Below are positions 49,750 to 60,693 of a DNA stretch of 64,000 nt, one piece after another. Position 1 is the stretch's first letter. Each line of letters opens with the position of its first letter. The stretch spans positions 1,248,001 to 1,312,000 of the forward strand of contig OZ241322.1 in assembly GCA_965199715.1 (NCBI GenBank), given 5' to 3'. The translations under genes were made by a program, and so were the position numbers. The stretch is from Vicinamibacteria bacterium. Lineage in GTDB: Bacteria > Acidobacteriota > Vicinamibacteria > Marinacidobacterales > Marinacidobacteraceae. The notes under the pieces were generated by a model that did not search any database, was not told the origin of the DNA, and worked only from the letters and a program-made list of their open reading frames with translations.

Positions 49750-50694
49750 TCACGGTGAAGAGGACGGCTGCCCGACAAGACGAATTGACGCCGTCCTGCC
49801 CACCTCGGGATCGACGTACACGATTTGGGCGATCATGCCGGCCTCGATGGGCGACCGCTCGGAGAGCACCCGCGCCTTCGAGAACCGCGCTTCGGCGCTC
49901 GTGACCGCGATTCGGGCGACGAGCTCCTCCTCGCTGCCGAGGAACTCGCCGGTGGCGGGATCGGTGAAGGACTCGCCCTCGGAGTGCACGTGGAGCGTGT
50001 CGCCGTCGAGGAGCAGCCCGTCGCCGTAGTTCAGGATGATCTCGCCGGCGCCGGTCCGCGCCGCGACCCGGATCGGATAGACGCTGGAGACCACCATGAA
50101 GGTGATGTCGCGGGCGGCCATCCGCATGACGTTGCCGAGAAGCTGCGCGACGTCGTGCTTCACCCGCGCCCCGACGCCCTCGAGCGCGAAGCCCCGCGAG
50201 CCGTCCGCCTCGACGGCGACGCTCTCGGCGATGGCGGTCGTGCCGTTCTCGGCGTCGAGGATGCGGATATCGACCGCCATGTTCGCCTTCTTCTTCGCGG
50301 CTCCGAAGCCGCCGAATCCGGCGACCTCCGCGGTCATGCCGTACTGGGTGATCGCGCCGATCACGACGTGGCCGAGCCCGGAGAGGTGGAGGTTCGAGGA
50401 TCCGTCGGTGAGGCCGAAGCCGCCCATGCCCTGTTCGCCGAGGATCGCCTCCATGCGGTCGCGCTCGATCACGCGGAACTTCTGCGTCTTCACGAGCGCG
50501 GTAGTGAGCATGTCGATGAACGCTCTCGTGTCCTCCCGGAGGCCCCGTCCGAAGGCCGAGAACGCCTTGTCCCGGTCCGAATCGGGGGCGAGGTACTCGA
50601 TGTCCCCGACGCCGATGCGGATCCGCTCGGGGGCCGCGTCCTGCGCCAGGGCCAGTCCGGGGACCAGCACCAACGTTGCGATGAGTGGTTTCAT
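49750..50694 (-). CDS. CsgG/HfaB-family exported protein with C-terminal beta domain
   Basis: Signal peptide; DMLTTALVKTQKFRVIERDRMEAILGEQ, GAITQY, VDIRILDAENG; FTDPATGEFLG. Confidence 0.8.
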   Translation of the reverse strand: MKPLIATLVLVPGLALAQDAAPERIRIGVGDIEYLAPDSDRDKAFSAFGRGLREDTRAFIDMLTTALVKTQKFRVIERDRMEAILGEQGMGGFGLTDGSSNLHLSGLGHVVIGAITQYGMTAEVAGFGGFGAAKKKANMAVDIRILDAENGTTAIAESVAVEADGSRGFALEGVGARVKHDVAQLLGNVMRMAARDITFMVVSSVYPIRVAARTGAGEIILNYGDGLLLDGDTLHVHSEGESFTDPATGEFLGSEEELVARIAVTSAEARFSKARVLSERSPIEAGMIAQIVYVDPEVGRTASIRLVGQPSSSP

Positions 50695-50798
50695 GGGTCT
50701 CTCCCTGAATCGGGGCCCGTCGGGGCCGTTCGGTTTCGAGGGGAACCCAGGGGCGCAAGGCGTCACTTCCGGTCCCGACCGGCCCTAAAATCGACCCG

Positions 50799-51179
50799 AT
50801 GCGAAGAAGGGTGGACAGCGGGGTCGCGTGGGAGGCGGAGTACGCCTACAGCCGCGCCGTCCGGGTCGGGGACCGCATCCTCGTGTCCGGCACCACCGCG
50901 ACCGGCGCGGACGGTCCGGTCGCGCTCGGGGACGCGGCCGGACAGACCGACTTCGCGCTCGGGAAGATCCGCGACGCGCTCGCCGCGCTCGGCGGCTCGC
51001 TCGGGGACGTGGTGCGCACCCGGGTCCACGTCAAGCCGGGAGCGGACTGGCGGGCGGTCGCCGAGGTCCACGGGAAGTGGTTCCGCGACGTCCGGCCCGC
51101 GTGCACGCTGACCTTCGCCGAGCTGGTGGGCGAGGAGTACCTCGTGGAGATCGAGGTCGAGGCGGTGGTCTCGGCGTGA
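50799..51179 (+). CDS. RidA/YjgF family protein
   Basis: WEAEYAYSRAVRVG...VSGTT, DVVRTR, RPACT, LVEIEVEA. Confidence 0.9.
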   Translation: MRRRVDSGVAWEAEYAYSRAVRVGDRILVSGTTATGADGPVALGDAAGQTDFALGKIRDALAALGGSLGDVVRTRVHVKPGADWRAVAEVHGKWFRDVRPACTLTFAELVGEEYLVEIEVEAVVSA

Positions 51180-54100
51180 TCGCGCTCGTCCTGCTGGCGC
51201 TGGCGCAGGGGCCGGTCGAGCGCGCCGCCTGGCCCGACGGGTTCCCGGTTCCTGAGGAGGTCGCGGACGGCTTCGGGATGCGGATGGTCGGGCCGTCCCG
51301 GGGCGGGCGGGTCACCACCGTGACCGGCGTGCTCTCGAAGCCGCACACGTTCTACATGGGTTCGACCGGCGGCGGGGTCTGGCGCACCGAGAACGCCGGC
51401 CGGTCGTGGACGAACCTCACCGACGACGCCTTCGCGGTGGGCTCCATCGGCGCGGTCGCGGTGGCCCCGTCGGATCCGAACGTGATCTGGGTCGGAACCG
51501 GCTCGGCGAGCCCCCGGGGAAACATCTCGGTCGGCAACGGGGTGTATCGGAGCACCGACGAGGGGCGGACGTGGACGCACGTCGGGCTACCCGGGGCGGG
51601 CCTGATCGGCCGGATCGCCGTGGACCCGGACGACCCCGACCGCGCCTTCGTCGCGGCGCTGGGCCAGATCTTCGGGCGGTCGCCCGACCGCGGCGTGTAT
51701 CGCACGGGCGACGCGGGCGAGACCTGGGAGCCGGTTCTCCAAATCTCCGACGCGGTGGGCGCGGTGGACCTCGCGATGAGTCCGGCCAACCCGAGAGTGC
51801 TGTTCGCGGCGATGTGGCAGGCGGAACGCAAGCCGTGGGACCTCGTGGACGGCGGCCCCGACGGCGGGCTCTACCGGACCGCCGACGGCGGCGACACGTG
51901 GGAGCTTCTCGGCCGCGGGCTTCCCGAGGCCTCGGAGGAGCGGCCCCTCGGCCGGATCGGGGTCTCCATCGCCGCCTCCCGGCCGTCGCGGGTCTATGCG
52001 CTCGTGACCGCCGCCGAGCAACGGGGCGGCCTCTATCGGAGCGAGGACGGGGGCGACTCGTGGACGCGGATCAACGGCGACCGCCGGCTACGGACCCGGG
52101 GCTGGTACTACAGCCACGTCGCAGCCGATCCCAACGACGCCGACACGATCTATGTGATGAACGCGCCGTTCCTGAAGTCGGTGGACGCGGGGGTCTCGTT
52201 CGAGGTCAAGCCCACCCCGCACGGCGACAACCACGACCTGTGGATCCGTCCCGGCGACTCCCGGATCATGGTGGAGGCCAACGACGGGGGCGCGAACGTG
52301 ACGCTCGACGGCGGGAAGACTTGGTCCTCGATCCACAACCAGCCCACGGCCGAGTTCTACCGGCTGACGGTGGACGACGGCTTCCCGCGCCGGCTCTACG
52401 GCGCCCAGCAGGACAACTCGACGATCAGCGTGCCGGCGTGGACCGACGGCGGCCTCTCCCCCGAGGCGCACTGGCTCGACGTGGCCGGCGGCGAGAGCGG
52501 CCACATCGCGGTGACGCCGGGGAACCCCGAGCTCTCCTACGCCGGCAACTACATCGGCCAGATCGACCGGCTGGACCAGAACGGGGCCGGAGCGCGCAAC
52601 GTCATCGCGTACCCGCAGCTCGCTGACGGCGTGGCCCCGAAGGATCTCCGGTATCGGTTCCAGTGGAACGCGCCCATCCTCGTCTCCCGCCACGACCCGG
52701 ACGTCGTGCTCCACGCCTCGAACCACGTCCACCGCACGACCGACGGCGGGCTCACCTGGGAGACGATCTCGCCCGACCTGACCGTCAACGACGCCGAGCG
52801 GCAGCTTCTGCCGGGCCGCCCGGTCCAGCACGACCACACCGGCGTGGAGGTGTACGGAACGGTGTTCGCGCTGGCCGAGTCGCCGGGGCTTCCCGGCCTG
52901 CTCTGGGCCGGCTCCGACGACGGGCGCGTCCACCTGACGCGGGACTCCGGCGCGACGTGGATCGAGGTCACGCCGCCGGGCATGCCCTCGGGCGGCACCG
53001 TGAACAGCGTGGACGCCTCGTTCCACGAAAACGGGGGCGCGCTCGTCACCGTGCACCGCTACCGCGAGAACGACTTCGCGCCGTATCTCTTCCGGACCGC
53101 CGACTTCGGCGCGACGTGGACCCGGATCGAGAGCCTGCCGCCCGGCCACCCGGTGCGGGCGGCGCGGCAGGATCCGGTGGATCCCGACCTGCTCTTCGTC
53201 GGGACCGAGTTCGGCCTCTTCGCGAGCTTCGACGGCGGCGAGCGGTTCGTCCCGTTCGGCGGAATCCCCGCCACGCCCATCACCGACATCCAGATCGCGG
53301 GCGACGAGCTGCTGGTCGCGACCCAGGGGCGCTCGTTCTGGGTCTTCGACGACCTGACGCCGCTGCGCGGGATCATGGGGCGCGACTGGAGCGCGCCGGC
53401 GCTGCTGCCTTCGGGCGCGGCGGTGCGGCTCGCGACCGGCGGCGGGCGCGGATTCCGGGGCCCCGGGGCGCCGGAGAACCGGCCGCCGGGGGCGCTGCTC
53501 CACTACTTCCTGCCCGAAGAAGTCGAGGGGCCGCTCAGCCTGACGATCCGCGACGCGGCCGGCGAGGTCGCGCGGCGCTTCGTGCGCAAGCCGGACGAGG
53601 ACGCCGAGGGCCCGCCCGAGCCGGACGCGACCCTCGAGGCCGACGAAGGATTCCACCGGGTCGTCTGGGATCTGAAGGAGCCGCGGCCGAAGCTGCAGCC
53701 GGACACGTTCATGTCCATCTCGTACACCGGCGGCGCCTTCGTTCCGCCGGGCGGATACGCGGCGGTCCTCGAAGCCGGAGACGTGACTTCGGAGATCGCC
53801 TTCGACGTGCGCCCCGATCCGCGCTCGCCCTGGACCGAGGCGGACCTCGCCGAGCAGCACCGGGTCGCGCGGGCCGCCCGCGACCTTCTCGAGACCATCC
53901 ACGACCGGATCGGAGCCATCCGGGAGGTCCGGGAGCAGGTCGAGGCGGCGCGCGAACGCGTTCCGGAAGGGGAGGCGCGGGAGCTCGCCGACGCGCTTCT
54001 CGCCGACCTCGAGATGATCGAGGAAACGCTCATCCAGACCAGGAACGAGTCCGGGCAGGACCCGATCAACTTCCCGCCGAAGCTGGACAACCAGGTCGCC

Positions 54101-54325
54101 TACCTCTACGGCCACGTCGCCCGGAATTACGGGCGTCCCACCGAAGGGTCGCGGGAGCGGCTCGCCGACCTCCAGCGGGAAGCCGGAACGGTGCTGGACC
54201 GGCTCCGCGAACGGCTCGGGGCGGGCCTCGACGCCCTGAACGAGGCGTTCGCCGAGGCCGGGATCACCGGCGCGGTGGGTCAGGAGTCGTCGGGCGGCAG
54301 AGCCGCCAGAATTCCCTCCCGATAG
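51176..54325 (+). CDS. Secreted BNR/Asp-box (VPS10/sortilin-like) beta-propeller glycosyl hydrolase-like protein
   Basis: GP.RGGRV start; repeated RSTDEGRTW, RTADGGDTW and RSEDGGDSW Asp-boxes; HGDNHDLW; YRFQWNAP. Confidence 0.88.
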   Translation: MIALVLLALAQGPVERAAWPDGFPVPEEVADGFGMRMVGPSRGGRVTTVTGVLSKPHTFYMGSTGGGVWRTENAGRSWTNLTDDAFAVGSIGAVAVAPSDPNVIWVGTGSASPRGNISVGNGVYRSTDEGRTWTHVGLPGAGLIGRIAVDPDDPDRAFVAALGQIFGRSPDRGVYRTGDAGETWEPVLQISDAVGAVDLAMSPANPRVLFAAMWQAERKPWDLVDGGPDGGLYRTADGGDTWELLGRGLPEASEERPLGRIGVSIAASRPSRVYALVTAAEQRGGLYRSEDGGDSWTRINGDRRLRTRGWYYSHVAADPNDADTIYVMNAPFLKSVDAGVSFEVKPTPHGDNHDLWIRPGDSRIMVEANDGGANVTLDGGKTWSSIHNQPTAEFYRLTVDDGFPRRLYGAQQDNSTISVPAWTDGGLSPEAHWLDVAGGESGHIAVTPGNPELSYAGNYIGQIDRLDQNGAGARNVIAYPQLADGVAPKDLRYRFQWNAPILVSRHDPDVVLHASNHVHRTTDGGLTWETISPDLTVNDAERQLLPGRPVQHDHTGVEVYGTVFALAESPGLPGLLWAGSDDGRVHLTRDSGATWIEVTPPGMPSGGTVNSVDASFHENGGALVTVHRYRENDFAPYLFRTADFGATWTRIESLPPGHPVRAARQDPVDPDLLFVGTEFGLFASFDGGERFVPFGGIPATPITDIQIAGDELLVATQGRSFWVFDDLTPLRGIMGRDWSAPALLPSGAAVRLATGGGRGFRGPGAPENRPPGALLHYFLPEEVEGPLSLTIRDAAGEVARRFVRKPDEDAEGPPEPDATLEADEGFHRVVWDLKEPRPKLQPDTFMSISYTGGAFVPPGGYAAVLEAGDVTSEIAFDVRPDPRSPWTEADLAEQHRVARAARDLLETIHDRIGAIREVREQVEAARERVPEGEARELADALLADLEMIEETLIQTRNESGQDPINFPPKLDNQVAYLYGHVARNYGRPTEGSRERLADLQREAGTVLDRLRERLGAGLDALNEAFAEAGITGAVGQESSGGRAARIPSR

Positions 54326-55334
54326 GGGAACAGGCCCGGCGAACCGCCGGTGCACAGGAAGACGACGTCGTCGCCGGAGCCGAACGCGCCCCGGCGGACC
54401 AGGTCGAGGAACCCGGCCATGCCCTTCCCGGAATAGACCGGGTCGAGGAAGATCCCCTCGGCCCGGGCCATCGTCGCGATGGCCTCCACGAGGGCTCGGT
54501 TTATGAACCCGTAGCCGGCGCCGATGTAGTCCTCGTTCACCTCCACGTCCTCGGGCCGGATCTCCACGTCGAGCTCCAGCGCGGCGACCGTCTCCCGCGC
54601 CAGCTTCAGGATGTTCGCCTCCGCGGCGGCCTTGCGGCGGCCCGTCCCGATTCCGAGAATCCGGACGTCGGGGGCGAGCGCCCGCGCCGCCGCGACGAGG
54701 CCGGCCTGGGTGCTTCCGGAGCCGGAGCCCAGGACGACGCAGGACGGGCGGACGCCGAGCTCGGTCGCCTGGCGGAGCAGCTCCCGAAACGCTTCGGCGT
54801 AGGAGATCGCCCCGAGCGGATTCGTGAGCGACCCGATCACCCCCGATCCGCCGACCGGAACCACGTAGGGCTTGCGGCCTCGTTCCGAAGCTCGTCGGCC
54901 CACGCCTCGGCCGCGGCCCGCGGGTCGTCGCCGACGGAGAGGATCCGGGTCTCGACCCCGAGGATCCGGTCCAGCAACAGGTTCCCGTCGGCGGGATCCA
55001 CCGCGGTCGGCGTCCGCCGCTCGAGGACCGCCGCCGTCCGCATCCCGAGCCGCCGGGCGCAGGCGCCGGTCATGCGCACCCAGTTCGACTGGACCGCCGC
55101 CCACGTCACGATCACGTCCGCGTCCCGGGCTTCGGCGTCCGCGAGGATGAAGCTCAGCTTGCGCGCCTTGTTGCCCCCGAGCGCATGCCCGGTGAGGTCG
55201 TCCCGCTTGCCGAGGATGCGCGGCCCGCCGAGCAGCCGCGTCAGCGCCGGAAGCTCCTCGAGCGGCGTGGGGAGAAGCGCGAGTTCCTGGCGGGGGAAGC
55301 GTGCGACGGCGCGGTCGAGAGCCTCGGGGTCCAT
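54280..55334 (-). pseudogene. D-cysteine desulfhydrase/ACC deaminase-family PLP enzyme with a -1 frameshift near 54885 (pseudogene or sequencing error)
   Basis: [21 protein letters not shown] and QSNW in one frame; [20 protein letters not shown] and DPVYSGK in another. Confidence 0.85.
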
Positions 55335-56455
55335 CACTCGCCGAGGCCCTCGACGAGCCCTTCCCGGTAGGGGAACAGCGCCGGCGTGCCGCCGGTGTGG
55401 ACGAAGACCACCGTGTCCTCGGAAGTCAGGTCGCCGCGCGCGATCAGGTCCATGAGCCCGGCCATCGCCTTGCCGGTATAGACCGGATCGAGGAGCAGCC
55501 CCTCGGTGCGGGCCACCTGCGCGATCGCGCCGGTGACGTCGGCGTTGAGGATTCCGTAGCCCTCGCCCACCCAGTCGTCCATCACCACGACGTCCTCGGG
55601 CCGAACCTCCACGTCGAGGCCCATGGCGGTCACCGTCTCGCGGGCGAGCGCGAGCACGTTGGCCTCGCCCCGCTCCTTCGAGCCGCCGCTGGAGATCCCG
55701 ATCACGCGCACGTCGGGGGCGAGCGCCCGGGCCCCGACGACGAACCCGGCCTGGGTGCTGCCCGACCCCGAGGCGTGGATCACGTGGGTGGGCCTTGCGC
55801 CCATTCGGTCGGCCTGCGCGAGAAGTTCCCGGAACGCCTGCGCGTAGGCGACGGCCCCGAGCGGAATTTCCATCGAGTGGCCGGTGGCCGAGCCGCCGAC
55901 CGCGACGACGTAGGGCCGGCGGCCGGCGGCGATCTCCGCCTCGGCGATCTCGTCCACCGCCGACTCCCGGTCGTCCTCGGGTTCGAGGAGGCGCACGTCC
56001 GCCCCCAGCAGCCGGTCGAGAAGCAGGTTCCCGTCGGGCGGGGTCGTGCTCTGGTGCTCGCCGCGCTGGAGCACGAGGATGGGCTGCATGCCGAGGCGGC
56101 GCGCTCCGGCGGCGGTCATCCGCGCCCAGTTGGACTGGACCCCGGCCCAGGTGAGGACCATGTCGCTCTCCCGAGCGACCGCGTCGGCGAGGATGAATTC
56201 CAGCTTCCGCGCCTTGTTGCCGCCGAAGGCCAGCCCGGTCAGGTCCTCTCGCTTCACGAGCAACCGGGGGCCGCCCAGTTCGGCGGCGAGCGCGGGCATG
56301 TCCTCGAGCGCGGTCGGGAGCTGGGCGAGATCCACCTGCGCGAAGACCGCGACCGCCTCGTCGAAGCGGACCGTGGGGTCGTCCGGCGGCTCGGGCGGGG
56401 CGCCGCCGCAGTGCGCGAGCGCCGCGCCGAAGAGAAGAAGGCGGAGTCGGTCCAT
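55334..56455 (-). CDS. D-cysteine desulfhydrase-family PLP enzyme with lipoprotein-type signal
   Basis: [16 protein letters not shown]; [18 protein letters not shown]; SGSGSTQAG; DPVYTGKA; HTGG. Confidence 0.87.
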   Translation of the reverse strand: MDRLRLLLFGAALAHCGGAPPEPPDDPTVRFDEAVAVFAQVDLAQLPTALEDMPALAAELGGPRLLVKREDLTGLAFGGNKARKLEFILADAVARESDMVLTWAGVQSNWARMTAAGARRLGMQPILVLQRGEHQSTTPPDGNLLLDRLLGADVRLLEPEDDRESAVDEIAEAEIAAGRRPYVVAVGGSATGHSMEIPLGAVAYAQAFRELLAQADRMGARPTHVIHASGSGSTQAGFVVGARALAPDVRVIGISSGGSKERGEANVLALARETVTAMGLDVEVRPEDVVVMDDWVGEGYGILNADVTGAIAQVARTEGLLLDPVYTGKAMAGLMDLIARGDLTSEDTVVFVHTGGTPALFPYREGLVEGLGE

Positions 56456-56507
56456 CGCTGCATGCAACCAGATCGGGGCGAACGGCGCACCCTCTAGAAT
56501 TCGGCCG

Positions 56508-58115
56508 TTGGCACGCATCCAGTCGCAGATTCGCACGGATTCCGAGGAATTCCTCGCGAATCGAGCGCACAACCTCGCGCTGTGCGAAGAACTGGATCGC
56601 CGCCGCGCCGAAGCCGCGGCCGGCGGCGGCGACCGCGCGCGGAAGCGCCACGTCGAACAGGGGAAGCTCCCGGTCCGGGAGCGGATCCGGCTGCTGACCG
56701 ATCCGGGGACCGATTTTCTCGAGATCGGCGCCCTCGCCGGCCTCGACTGCTACGACGCACCCACGCCGGCGGCCGGCCTCGTCGCCGGCGTGGGGGTCGT
56801 CTCGGGGCGGCTCGCGATGGTGGTGGCGAACGACGCCACGGTGAAGGGCGGGACCTACTTCCCGCTCACGGTCAAGAAGCACCTGCGGGCGCAGGAGATC
56901 GCCGAGGCGGCGCGGCTTCCGTGCATCTACCTCGTCGATAGCGGCGGCGCGTTCCTGCCGCTCCAGGCCGAGGTCTTCCCGGATCGCGACCACTTCGGGC
57001 GCATCTTCCGGAACCAGGCGGCGATGAGCGCCGCCGGAATCCCGCAGCTCGCCGCGGTCATGGGGATGTGCACCGCGGGCGGGGCCTACGTGCCCGCGAT
57101 GAGCGACGAGGCGGTCATCGTCGGGGGCGTCGGGACGATCTATCTCGGCGGGCCGCCGCTGGTGCGCGCGGCGACCGGCGAGGTGGTGACCCCCGAAGAG
57201 CTCGGCGGGGCGCGGGTGCACACCGAGACCTCCGGCGTGGCCGACCACTACGCCGAGGACGACCGCGACGCGCTCCGCATCCTGCGCCGCTCGGTCGCCC
57301 GGCTGGCGCCCGCCGGCGGCGCGGCGCTCCCCGACCGCCACGAGGAGCTTCCCGACTACCCCGAGGAGGAGATTCTCGGCCTCATGCCGAAGGATCGGCG
57401 GGTGCGGGTGGACGTCCGCGAGATCCTCGCCCGCCTGCTCGACTCCAGCCGGCTCGACGAGTTCAAGAAGCGCTACGGAACCACGCTGGTCACCGGGTTC
57501 GCGCACATCCACGGGATCGCGGTGGGGGTCGTCGCGAGCAACGGCGTGCTGTTCAGCGAGAGCGCGCTCAAGGGGGCGCACTTCATCCAGATCTGCGCCC
57601 GCGAGGGCCTGCCGCTGCTGTTCGTGCAGGACATCACCGGATTCATGGTCGGGGCGCGCTACGAGCACGGCGGCATCGCGAAGGACGGGGCCAAGATGGT
57701 CCACGCGGTGGCCACGGCCGGGACGCCGCGGATCACCCTGATCGCCGGGGGCAGCTTCGGCGCGGGCAACTACGCGATGTGCGGCCGGGCCTTCGACCCG
57801 CTCTTCGCGTGGTCGTGGCCCTCGAGCCGGATTTCGGTCATGGGCGGCGAGCAGGCGGCCTCGGTGCTCACGCAGGTGAAGCGCGACCAGCGGGAGCGCG
57901 CCGGCGAGGCGCTTTCGGACGCGGAGGCCGAGGCCATCGCCGCGCCGGTGCGCGAGAAGTACGAACGCGAGGGCAGCCCGTACTACGCGACGGCGCGGCT
58001 TTGGGACGACGGCGTGCAGGACATGCGGAACACCCGCCGGGCGCTCGCGCTCAGCCTCGCGGCGGCGCAGAACGCGGAGCCGCCCGAGCCGAAGCACGGG
58101 ATCTTCCGGATGTGA
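56508..58115 (+). CDS. Acyl-CoA carboxylase carboxyltransferase (methylcrotonyl-/geranyl-CoA carboxylase beta subunit)
   Basis: TTG start; [58 protein letters not shown]. Confidence 0.93.
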   Translation: MARIQSQIRTDSEEFLANRAHNLALCEELDRRRAEAAAGGGDRARKRHVEQGKLPVRERIRLLTDPGTDFLEIGALAGLDCYDAPTPAAGLVAGVGVVSGRLAMVVANDATVKGGTYFPLTVKKHLRAQEIAEAARLPCIYLVDSGGAFLPLQAEVFPDRDHFGRIFRNQAAMSAAGIPQLAAVMGMCTAGGAYVPAMSDEAVIVGGVGTIYLGGPPLVRAATGEVVTPEELGGARVHTETSGVADHYAEDDRDALRILRRSVARLAPAGGAALPDRHEELPDYPEEEILGLMPKDRRVRVDVREILARLLDSSRLDEFKKRYGTTLVTGFAHIHGIAVGVVASNGVLFSESALKGAHFIQICAREGLPLLFVQDITGFMVGARYEHGGIAKDGAKMVHAVATAGTPRITLIAGGSFGAGNYAMCGRAFDPLFAWSWPSSRISVMGGEQAASVLTQVKRDQRERAGEALSDAEAEAIAAPVREKYEREGSPYYATARLWDDGVQDMRNTRRALALSLAAAQNAEPPEPKHGIFRM

Positions 58116-59908
58116 GCGACCTCGTCAGGATCGGGAACGCCGGCGGGTACTGGGGGGACGACCCCCGAGCGCTGGAGCGGCAAGTTCTGGGGCCCGAGCC
58201 GCCCGAATTCGTCACTTCGGACTTCCTCGCCGAGATCACGATGAGCATCCTGCGCAAGCAGCGCGATCGGAATCCGGAGGCCGGCTACGCCCGCGACTTC
58301 GTGACCCAGGTCGCGCCGCTGCTCGGCGCGCTCCGGGAGCGCGCGATCACCGTGATCACGAACGCCGGCGGCGTGAATCCGATGGGCTGCGCCCGCGCCG
58401 TGCTCGCCCGGGCGGACGCGGACGTGCGCATCGCGGTGGTCGATGGGGACGACTTGATGGACCAGGTTCCGGGTCTGGTCGCGTCGGGCTTCCGAAATCT
58501 GGAGACCGGCGCGGCCTTCGCCGGCGCGGCGGGGGACGTGGGGTCGGCGAACGCCTATCTGGGGGCGGAGCCGGTGGTTCGGGCGCTCGCTGGCGATCCG
58601 GCGATCGTGGTGACCGGGCGGGTGACCGACACCGGAATCACCCTCGCCGCGCTTCGCCATCGCTTCGGGTGGGCCGCCGACGACTGGGACAAGATCGCCC
58701 AGGGCGTCGTCGCCGGGCACCTGATCGAGTGCGGCGCGCAGGCGACCGGCGGCAATTTCACCGACTGGCGGCGGGTCCCGGGACTCGGGAACCTCGGATT
58801 CCCGATCGTCGAGGTGGAGCCGGACGGGGACTTCGTCGCCACCCTCCAGCCGGGCGAGGGCGGGCTCGTGAATCCGGCGGTAGTGCGCGAGCAGCTTCTG
58901 TACGAACTCGGCGATCCGGCCGCCTACCTCTGCCCCGACGCCACGGTGGACTTCTCGGGGCTGACCGCGGTCGCCGACGGGCCGAACCGGGTCCGGATCT
59001 CGGGAGCCCGCGGCGGCCCGCCGCCCCCCGACCTGAAGGTCAGCGCGACTGTCGCCGGCGGCTACGCGCTGCGGGGGAGCCTCGTGGTCGGCGGGCCGGA
59101 CGTGCGGGCGAAGACCGCCGCGTTGCGCGAGGCGGTCGCCGGGCGGCTCGCGGGCGACCCTCCGGACGAACTGAGGGTGGATCTCGCGGGCGACGACGCG
59201 GCGCAGCGCGGTTTCGCGAGCGGGGTCGAGCCTTCCGAGGGCCTCGTGCGGATCGCGGCGTGGAGCGAGCGCCGGGAGCCGCTGCTCGCGCTGCGGAAGC
59301 TGCTGCCGGCGCTCATTCTGAGCGGCCCCGCGGGCCTCGCGGTCACCGGCGGCGCGCCGCCCGTGTCCGAAGTGGCGGCGTACTGGCCGACGACGGTCCC
59401 CCGGTCATGGGTCACCGCGCGGGTGCGGGTCCTCGGGGGCGACGAACAGCTCGTCCCGACCTCCGGCCCCGCGGCGGCCCCCCGCCGGCGGGCGGCCGCT
59501 CCCGCCGCGACCCGGCCCTTCCCCCGGTCGGGGGTGCCGGCGCCGCTCGGCTCGATCGCCCACGCCCGCGCCGGCGACAAGGGCGACGCGGCGAACGTCG
59601 GGATCCTCGCCCGCAGCGAAGCCGCATGGGAGTACCTCGCGGCCCATCTGGACGCGGCGACCGTCGCCGGGTGGGCCGAGGGCGTCGCGAACGGACCGGT
59701 GGTCCGCTACGAGCTTCCGGGACTCCGGGCGCTCAATTTCGTCCTCGAAGGGGCGCTCGGGGGCGGCGGCACCCGGAGCCTCCTTCTCGATCCCCAGGGA
59801 AAGACGCTCGCGCAGGGAATCCTCCGCCGCCGGATCCCGGTGCCGCCGGCCGTGCTCGCGAGCGTTCCCGACGACGAGCGGCCCCTCTCCCCCGCCTGGC
59901 AGCCATGA
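58112..59908 (+). CDS. Acyclic terpene utilization AtuA-family protein (DUF1446 plus C-terminal domain)
   Basis: [61 protein letters not shown]. Confidence 0.9.
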   Translation: MSDLVRIGNAGGYWGDDPRALERQVLGPEPPEFVTSDFLAEITMSILRKQRDRNPEAGYARDFVTQVAPLLGALRERAITVITNAGGVNPMGCARAVLARADADVRIAVVDGDDLMDQVPGLVASGFRNLETGAAFAGAAGDVGSANAYLGAEPVVRALAGDPAIVVTGRVTDTGITLAALRHRFGWAADDWDKIAQGVVAGHLIECGAQATGGNFTDWRRVPGLGNLGFPIVEVEPDGDFVATLQPGEGGLVNPAVVREQLLYELGDPAAYLCPDATVDFSGLTAVADGPNRVRISGARGGPPPPDLKVSATVAGGYALRGSLVVGGPDVRAKTAALREAVAGRLAGDPPDELRVDLAGDDAAQRGFASGVEPSEGLVRIAAWSERREPLLALRKLLPALILSGPAGLAVTGGAPPVSEVAAYWPTTVPRSWVTARVRVLGGDEQLVPTSGPAAAPRRRAAAPAATRPFPRSGVPAPLGSIAHARAGDKGDAANVGILARSEAAWEYLAAHLDAATVAGWAEGVANGPVVRYELPGLRALNFVLEGALGGGGTRSLLLDPQGKTLAQGILRRRIPVPPAVLASVPDDERPLSPAWQP

Positions 59909-60693
59909 AGAACCTTCGCCTCGACACGCGCGACGACGGGGTCGTCCGCCTGACGCTCGACCGGCCGGAAGCCCGCAACGCGCTGACCCCGGACATGGTG
60001 GCCGGGGTCCCCGAAGTTCTCCGGAGCCTCGAAGCGCTTCCACCAGCGGAGTGCCGGGCGCTCGTCCTCGGCGGCGCGGGACCCGTGTTTTGCGCCGGGG
60101 CCGACCTGAACGCGATGCGGGAATCGGGACAGGCGGACGAGGCGGCGAACCGGGAGGACGCCCGGCGCTTCGCCATCCTCTTCCGGTCGGTGGCGCGCTT
60201 TCCGGCGCCGGTGATCGCGGTGGTGCGGGGGGCGGCGCTCGGCGGCGGCCTCGGCCTCGCGGTCGCCGCGGACCACGTCGTCGCGAGCCCGGACGCCCGT
60301 TTCGGAACCCCGGAAGCGCACCTCGGCCTCGTCCCCGCGGTCATCTCGCCCTACGTCGTCCGCCGGCTCGGCCCGGGTCGCGCCGCGCCCTTCCTGCTCG
60401 GCGGCGAGGTCGTCCGGGGCGACGCGGCGATCCGCGCCGGCTTGGCCCACGAGTGTGCGGACGACCCGGAGGAGGCGGCGGAAGCGGTCGTCCGCCGCTA
60501 CCTCGAGAGCGCGCCGCTCGCGGCCCGGCGGACCAAGGCGCTGCTGCTGCGCGAGGCGCCGCTGCCGCCGGGGGACGTCGAGGAATTGACGATCCGCACC
60601 ATCGCCGCGGCGCGGGCCTCCGCCGAGGGACAGGCCGGGACCGCCGCGTTCTTCGAGCGGAAGCCGCCGCCGTGGTCGCCCCGGAGCCGGTGA
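59905..60693 (+). CDS. Enoyl-CoA hydratase (methylglutaconyl-CoA hydratase-like)
   Basis: LDRPEARNAL, FCAGADL, ALGGGLGL, PEAHLGLVPAVISPYV, FFERKPPPW. Confidence 0.9.
   Translation: MKNLRLDTRDDGVVRLTLDRPEARNALTPDMVAGVPEVLRSLEALPPAECRALVLGGAGPVFCAGADLNAMRESGQADEAANREDARRFAILFRSVARFPAPVIAVVRGAALGGGLGLAVAADHVVASPDARFGTPEAHLGLVPAVISPYVVRRLGPGRAAPFLLGGEVVRGDAAIRAGLAHECADDPEEAAEAVVRRYLESAPLAARRTKALLLREAPLPPGDVEELTIRTIAAARASAEGQAGTAAFFERKPPPWSPRSR

Noticed and set aside
54280-56455. ACC deaminase (acdS)
   Set aside because: Lacks the diagnostic Glu and Leu (has DPVY(T/S)GK and (H/C)TGG)
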